The position numbers and the translations under genes are program-made. DNA of 64,000 bases from Candidatus Latescibacterota bacterium (GTDB taxonomy: Bacteria > Latescibacterota > UBA2968): assembly GCA_965198115.1 (NCBI GenBank), contig OZ240241.1, forward strand, positions 448,001-512,000, in the 5' to 3' direction. Each line of letters opens with the position of its first letter. Position 1 is the stretch's first letter. Positions 59,323 to 64,000 of the stretch are shown here, one piece after another. The notes below the pieces were generated by a model. It was not told where the DNA came from. It saw nothing but the letters and a program-made list of their open reading frames with translations, and did not search any database.

Positions 59323-60867
59323 TTACTTCCTGCGGACGACGCGGCCGGACATCGTGCCGGTCGGCGTTCCCCCGGCGATAACGGACTCGCCGTTGACGAT
59401 GACGTCGTCGATGCCGACAGGGGGCTGGTTGGGGTCTTCGAACGTGGATTGCGCGGCAACTGTGTTGGGATCGAATACGACGAGGTCTGCAGCCAGGCCT
59501 TTTGCGATGCGCCCACGATCCGGAATGCGGAAACGGTCGGCCGGAAAGGCGCTCATCCGGTAAACGGCATCGTGGAGAGACATGATACCACGGTCTCTAA
59601 CGAATTCGCCCAGGACGCGCGCGAAGCAACCGGTTCCACGTGGATGAGGGTGAGGGATGTTGTAGAGGCCGTCGCTTGCGACCATCATCCGCGGATGCCG
59701 GGCCGTCGCTTCGATTGCGGCCCTCGCTTCGTCCTCAGGAACCTGCCAGGGAAAAACGAATGCCTGTAGTCCGTCCTCTTCGAGCAGGAGGTCGTATGCG
59801 AATTCCTCAGGTGGCTTTCCCGCTTCATCCGACAGTTCGCCAAGACGCCTCCCCGTGTGGCGACCCGACCGCGTGAGCCCGCAGATCTGGTTCGCACTGC
59901 CGAGACGTTCTTTCAAGCCCGGTAGAGAAGCCTCGCGTACGGAGGGATCGCGTAGCCGCTCCAAGACCTCTTCCGGACTTCCGTGCTGATACTTCATCGG
60001 AAGCATCATGGTCATGTGCGTCATTCCGGCGGCATACATGTAGGATTCGAAGGTGAGGTCGATATCATCCTTGTCGACTTCCTCGAGCAGGGGCCCCGTG
60101 AGGTCGTCGACGCGTGAATGGGAAATGTGGACGGGGATGTCTGCTGCACGGGACAGGTCGAACGTCTCACGCCATGCCATTTCCGGCCCGAGGATCTGAA
60201 ATCGGATGTGGGCAGCGTAGATCCCGTCGTATTCGGCAGCTACCTTACAGAGGGCGACAAGCTCGCGAAAGTCGGCATTCGCGCTCGGCTGGTAGTCGAG
60301 CCCGAGATTGAGGGCACACGCGCCGGCTTCCATCCACTCGCGCGTCAGGACTTCCATCTGACGGAGTTCGTCGTCCGTGGCGATGCGGGCGTCCCAGCCC
60401 ATCACTTCGGCCCTCACGACACAATGGGGGACTTGCGAGACCACGTTGGATGGCGTCTTTCGCTCGTAGAGGGCGAGGTAGTCTTCGATGGACTCCCAGG
60501 GGGGGGCGACGTCGACGATGCCGTAGGCAAAGAGCGTGTAGTCCCACATTTCCCGTGCGAGCTGACCCGTCAGCCTCGCCCACCCAAAGCCGTCGGGCGC
60601 CAGCAATTGCGTCGTCACGCCCTGCGCTACCTCGCCATACTGGTCGGGCGTTCCGAGGAGTGCGATTTCGCCGTGGACGTGGACGTCGATGAAGCCGGGT
60701 GAGACGACACGGCCTGAAGCGTCGATCTCACTGTCAGCTGTCGCCTGTGCGAGGTCGTCGACCGCTTCTATGTGCTCGTCTTTGACGCCGACATCCGCGC
60801 GGAACGGCTCACGCTGGCCCGAGCCGTCTACGACGAGACCGTTCCGTATGATGAGATCGAAATTCAT
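59323..60867 (-). CDS. D-aminoacylase / N-acyl-D-amino-acid deacylase family amidohydrolase
   Basis: PGFIDVHVH, HISH, ASDG, PHPRGTG and RGRIAKGLAADLVVFDP motifs. Confidence 0.88.
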   Translation of the reverse strand: MNFDLIIRNGLVVDGSGQREPFRADVGVKDEHIEAVDDLAQATADSEIDASGRVVSPGFIDVHVHGEIALLGTPDQYGEVAQGVTTQLLAPDGFGWARLTGQLAREMWDYTLFAYGIVDVAPPWESIEDYLALYERKTPSNVVSQVPHCVVRAEVMGWDARIATDDELRQMEVLTREWMEAGACALNLGLDYQPSANADFRELVALCKVAAEYDGIYAAHIRFQILGPEMAWRETFDLSRAADIPVHISHSRVDDLTGPLLEEVDKDDIDLTFESYMYAAGMTHMTMMLPMKYQHGSPEEVLERLRDPSVREASLPGLKERLGSANQICGLTRSGRHTGRRLGELSDEAGKPPEEFAYDLLLEEDGLQAFVFPWQVPEDEARAAIEATARHPRMMVASDGLYNIPHPHPRGTGCFARVLGEFVRDRGIMSLHDAVYRMSAFPADRFRIPDRGRIAKGLAADLVVFDPNTVAAQSTFEDPNQPPVGIDDVIVNGESVIAGGTPTGTMSGRVVRRK

Positions 60868-60902
60868 GGTTTCAGTGCACTTAATAGGGAATTCAAAGTC
60901 AC

Positions 60903-60953
60903 CGTCACGTCGAGCGTCCTTCGACTCCGCTCAGGGCAGGCTCAGTCGAGACG
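60903..60953 (+). repeat. CGTC-tagged REP-like palindrome with nested insert
   Basis: CGTCACGTCGAGCG[TCCTTCGACTCCGCTCAGGGCAGGCT]CAGTCGAGACG. Confidence 0.65.
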
Positions 60954-62649
60954 TCGGTCCTTATGGGTCCACAGTCTTTTACTGGTCGTCTCGTTTTGAC
61001 ACTGAGCCAGGCTCGTTAGTGTCTCCCAGTCACCTGCGATGAGGGCGAGTTTCTTCTGCCTGGACCAACGCTTTACGATTTTCTCCGCTTCGATCGAGTT
61101 CAGGTCAATAGGTGTGTAAAAGAAATCAGGCGGCCATCTTCCCGGCTTCGACCTGCGGTCCGGTTGAGTGTTTCTGATCGTAGACTTGTTGTAGCAAGTG
61201 TGGCGCGGTGAGTTTCCTGAATCGGCTCTCTGCGACCTTGAGCGTACGCCAGATGAGAGCCGTGGCGTTCCTGACTTTCTTGAATCGCCTGGCGGCGTTT
61301 GTGCGAAGCCGAACGGAAGCAAAGGGGCTCTCGACGACGTTCGTGGTTCTCAGGTGTTTCCAGTGTTCCTTCGGGAAGTCGTAGAACGTGACCATCCGAT
61401 CCCAGTTTCTTTCGAGCGTCTCCACGGCGGCAGGGAACTGTGAGCGATACCGTGCGGCAAAGCGTTTCCGGAGCTTCTCGGCCTCCTTTTTCGTGCCGGC
61501 ATAGGGGATCTGGACGAGCAGTGCGCGGGCTTCAGCCTGTGCACGCTTGGCGACCTTGTCGAGCACGTTGAGGATCTTGTGGTTCCAGCACCGTTGTTGC
61601 CGGCTCTCTGGCCAGACCTGATCAACGGCCGCCCAGATGCCCATATTCCCGTCCGCGGCGATCAGGACAGGATGTTCGAGCCCGCGATCCCGGAGATCCC
61701 GTAGCACCGTGAGCCAGGATTCTGTAGACTCTCGATAACCGGGTTCTATCGCCAGGATCTCCTTGCTGCCGTCGCTCATCGCGCCGATCACGACCAGCAG
61801 ACACGCCTTCTCGCGCTCGAGCCCGGCTTTGACGTAGATGCCATCAGCCCAGGCGTAGACCAGTTCGCGATTATCCAGACGCCTTTCTTTCCAGTCCTGG
61901 AAGTCGACCTCCCACTTCCCTCGAAGACGAGCGATCGAGGTCGGCGAAAGCGGCGCGCCATCACCGAGCAGCGCACGCAAAGACAACTCGAAGTCGCCCT
62001 GGGAGAGACCGTGGAGATAAAGGTCGGGAAGCAGATCTCCAATGGCCCTGGTTCTCCGGGCGAACAGGGGGAGGATGCGGCTTTCAAACCGCTCTTCCAG
62101 ACCACGAACCCGGGGACGCCGGACCTTGATCGTTCCGCAGCTCGTCGAGAGACGCCGGGGCTTGCCGTAGCCGTTCCTGTAGCCCGTGGAGCTATCGACC
62201 TCGGCTCGGCGCTCATACCACGACCGGCCCAAGAACGCGGTCGCCTCCTCCTCCAGAATGGCTGGAACCGGCCCTGGATCTCTTCACGGATCCAATCGTC
62301 AACCGTCTCCCACGTCGGCATGGACTTCAATGGGACTCTATGCGTATGTTCCTTCACGGCGATCCTCCTTCCCAACCGGGCCTCTCACCCGGTTTTGTGT
62401 GAATCAACTATCTCACGGGAAGTGTAGGGTCGCCCTTTCTCTTTTTCCACACCTTTTGATTATAGCTCCTTCGATCGCCGAAATAGCGGAAGGGAACCGT
62501 TCGGCGAAGGCAAGACAGACCGGCCGACGCCGGTAGGTGTAGCTTTTGGCATCAATCCCTTCGTTGTGTTCTGCAACACGACGATCGACGTCCTTCGTGA
62601 CACCTGTGTAGAGGTTTCCATCTGCACATCTGACGATGTAGAGGAACAT
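60942..62649 (-). pseudogene. GIY-YIG nuclease (UPF0213-like) interrupted by IS256 type B
   Basis: YIVRCADGNLYTGVT..RRVAEHN joined across the TSD to AIEAEKIVKRWSRQKKLALI. Confidence 0.9.
61096..62468 (-). mobile_element. IS256-family IS, type B, copy 2 (frameshift near 62260)
   Basis: Near-identical to 45592..46965; 8-bp TSD CTTCGATC. Confidence 0.95.
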
Positions 62650-62669
62650 TGGATGTCCTCGCTGGGCGA

Positions 62670-62695
62670 GTTCTCGACTCGCGCTCGAACTGACG
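62670..62695 (-). repeat. CGTC-tagged REP-like palindrome, uninterrupted
   Basis: Minus strand reads CGTCAGTTCGAGCGCGAGTCGAGAAC. Confidence 0.65.
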
Positions 62696-62721
62696 CCACT
62701 ATCGGTTTACGTCAGTTATCA

Positions 62722-63714
62722 CTACGCCAACCCTTCTATCAATCCCCTCATGTGACCGATAGCGTAGGACCAATACTGGCGCGTGTTGTCATCGCCGGTG
62801 ATGTGCATCGCGTGGTCGGGATGGATGGGGCCGTCGTAATTGGACTCCTTGAGTGCCCTCATGCACTCGAACATCTTCTCGTTGCCGTCATCGGGGAAGG
62901 ATTCGCAGAAATCGTTTGTTACGCCGCTGATGTTTCGGAAGTCGATGAGGAAGATCTTCTTCTGCTCCGCGAAGTGACGAATCCACTTGGGCACGTCGAC
63001 GCCCATTTCTGAAAAGCAGCCCGTGCAGAACTTCAGACCGTTGTAGTCACTCGGAACCGTGTCGATCGCGCGCTGGAAGGCTTCGGGCTCGCGCATGATG
63101 CGGGCGACGCCGGCGATTTCGGGCACGGGAGGATCGTCTGGATGCAGCGCGAGACGGACGCCGGATTCTTCGGCGACGGGAACGACGGCCTTTAGCATGT
63201 ATTCGAGGTTGTCCCACATCTGATCGTCGGTGATGGGCTTGCGATGGCTTTCGGGGATGAGCGAGTCATCGATGCCGGGACTGGTCATCAAAGGGGCATC
63301 CTTGACACGCTCGGCCTCGAACGAGGAGCCGAGGGCGCCGCCCCGTGAGGGACGTCCGTTGTTTGTTCGGTAGAAGCGGATGGCGTGCATGTTGTAAACG
63401 AGAAAGTCCAGACCCGCGGCGCCCATGTTTCGGAGGGTCGTCTGCAAGTTCTCGATTTGCTCATCACGTCCGGGAAGACCGAGCATCCATTTGAAGCACA
63501 TGGGCCACGGCAGGAGCGAAGTGCCTTCGCACTTGAGGCCTTGATTCTCGATCTGCGATTTCATGTTCATCAGGACCGGATATTCGTAATAGCCCTTTTC
63601 CGGGTCGACGGGTGGGCCGATCACCACGCCCTCTACGCCGATCTGCTTCATCCAGATGAGCTGTTCGTTGACGTCCTGGCCTCTTCCTCGTCCCATTCCG
63701 AGTACTGGTCTCAT
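62722..63714 (-). CDS. uxuA: Mannonate dehydratase (UxuA family)
   Basis: GRDEQIE, WDNLEYML.AVVPVAEE.GVRLALHPDDPP, FCTG and PDH motifs. Confidence 0.85.
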   Translation of the reverse strand: MRPVLGMGRGRGQDVNEQLIWMKQIGVEGVVIGPPVDPEKGYYEYPVLMNMKSQIENQGLKCEGTSLLPWPMCFKWMLGLPGRDEQIENLQTTLRNMGAAGLDFLVYNMHAIRFYRTNNGRPSRGGALGSSFEAERVKDAPLMTSPGIDDSLIPESHRKPITDDQMWDNLEYMLKAVVPVAEESGVRLALHPDDPPVPEIAGVARIMREPEAFQRAIDTVPSDYNGLKFCTGCFSEMGVDVPKWIRHFAEQKKIFLIDFRNISGVTNDFCESFPDDGNEKMFECMRALKESNYDGPIHPDHAMHITGDDNTRQYWSYAIGHMRGLIEGLA

Positions 63715-63748
63715 CCGTTAGCCTCCATCACGATTGGCATAGTGGCGT

Positions 63749-63809
63749 GTTCTCGCTCCTGCCTTCGCGCCGGAGGCGCTTCGGCGAGGCAGGCGTGCTC
63801 GAACTGACG
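63749..63809 (-). repeat. CGTC-tagged REP-like palindrome with a different nested hairpin
   Basis: Minus strand reads CGTCAGTTCGAGCA[CGCCTGCCTCGCCGAAGCGCCTCCGGCGCGAAGGCAGG]AGCGAGAAC. Confidence 0.6.
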
Positions 63810-63865
63810 CCTGATGACAGCTTCAAGTCTTCGTTGGGGCCTATTTGCGACCGACATTCGATGAA

Positions 63866-64000
63866 TCAATAGATGCGCTGGATGACGTGCCATCCGACGG
63901 GCGTCTGTACGGGTCCCCCGACGCCGCCTGGAGGCAATTCCTTCACTTTTGCTTCGAACGCGGGCAGCAGATCGCCGGGCTCAAACGCTCCAATGTCTCC
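63866..64000 (-). CDS. Parvulin-type peptidyl-prolyl isomerase, 3' end only
   Basis: Manual translation: GDIGAFEPGDLLPAFEAKVKELPPGGVGGPVQTPVGWHVIQRIY*. Confidence 0.8.
   Translation of the reverse strand, partial: GDIGAFEPGDLLPAFEAKVKELPPGGVGGPVQTPVGWHVIQRIY

Overview
GC-rich bacterial chromosome segment in heavy IS expansion and decay. By my hand count about one third of the window (~22 kb) is IS DNA: 7 near-identical ISL3 copies, two IS256 types, ISAzo13, IS1182, IS630, and IS3 elements and fragments. Many host genes are interrupted, truncated, frameshifted or carry in-frame stops. Intact or recognisable host genes include a PAS kinase and sigma54 regulator pair, a TonB-dependent receptor, glycoside-hydrolase-like proteins, four enolase-superfamily genes, katG, a carbonic anhydrase, ackA, nagB, a D-aminoacylase-like gene and uxuA. 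Two paralogous beta-propeller membrane sensors carry different output domains (His kinase vs PP2C). The gene content resembles Latescibacterota/Poribacteria-like lineages (inference only). No rRNA, tRNA or CRISPR array was seen. The best leads are: output-domain swapping among the propeller sensors; a GIY-YIG gene bracketed by CGTC-tagged palindromes with nested inserts; a recurrent structured intergenic element; repeated ISL3 targeting of one 8-mer in the ISAzo13 end, including an ISL3 tandem dimer; and atypical RxY-type enolases. All family assignments come from motif recognition, not database searches.
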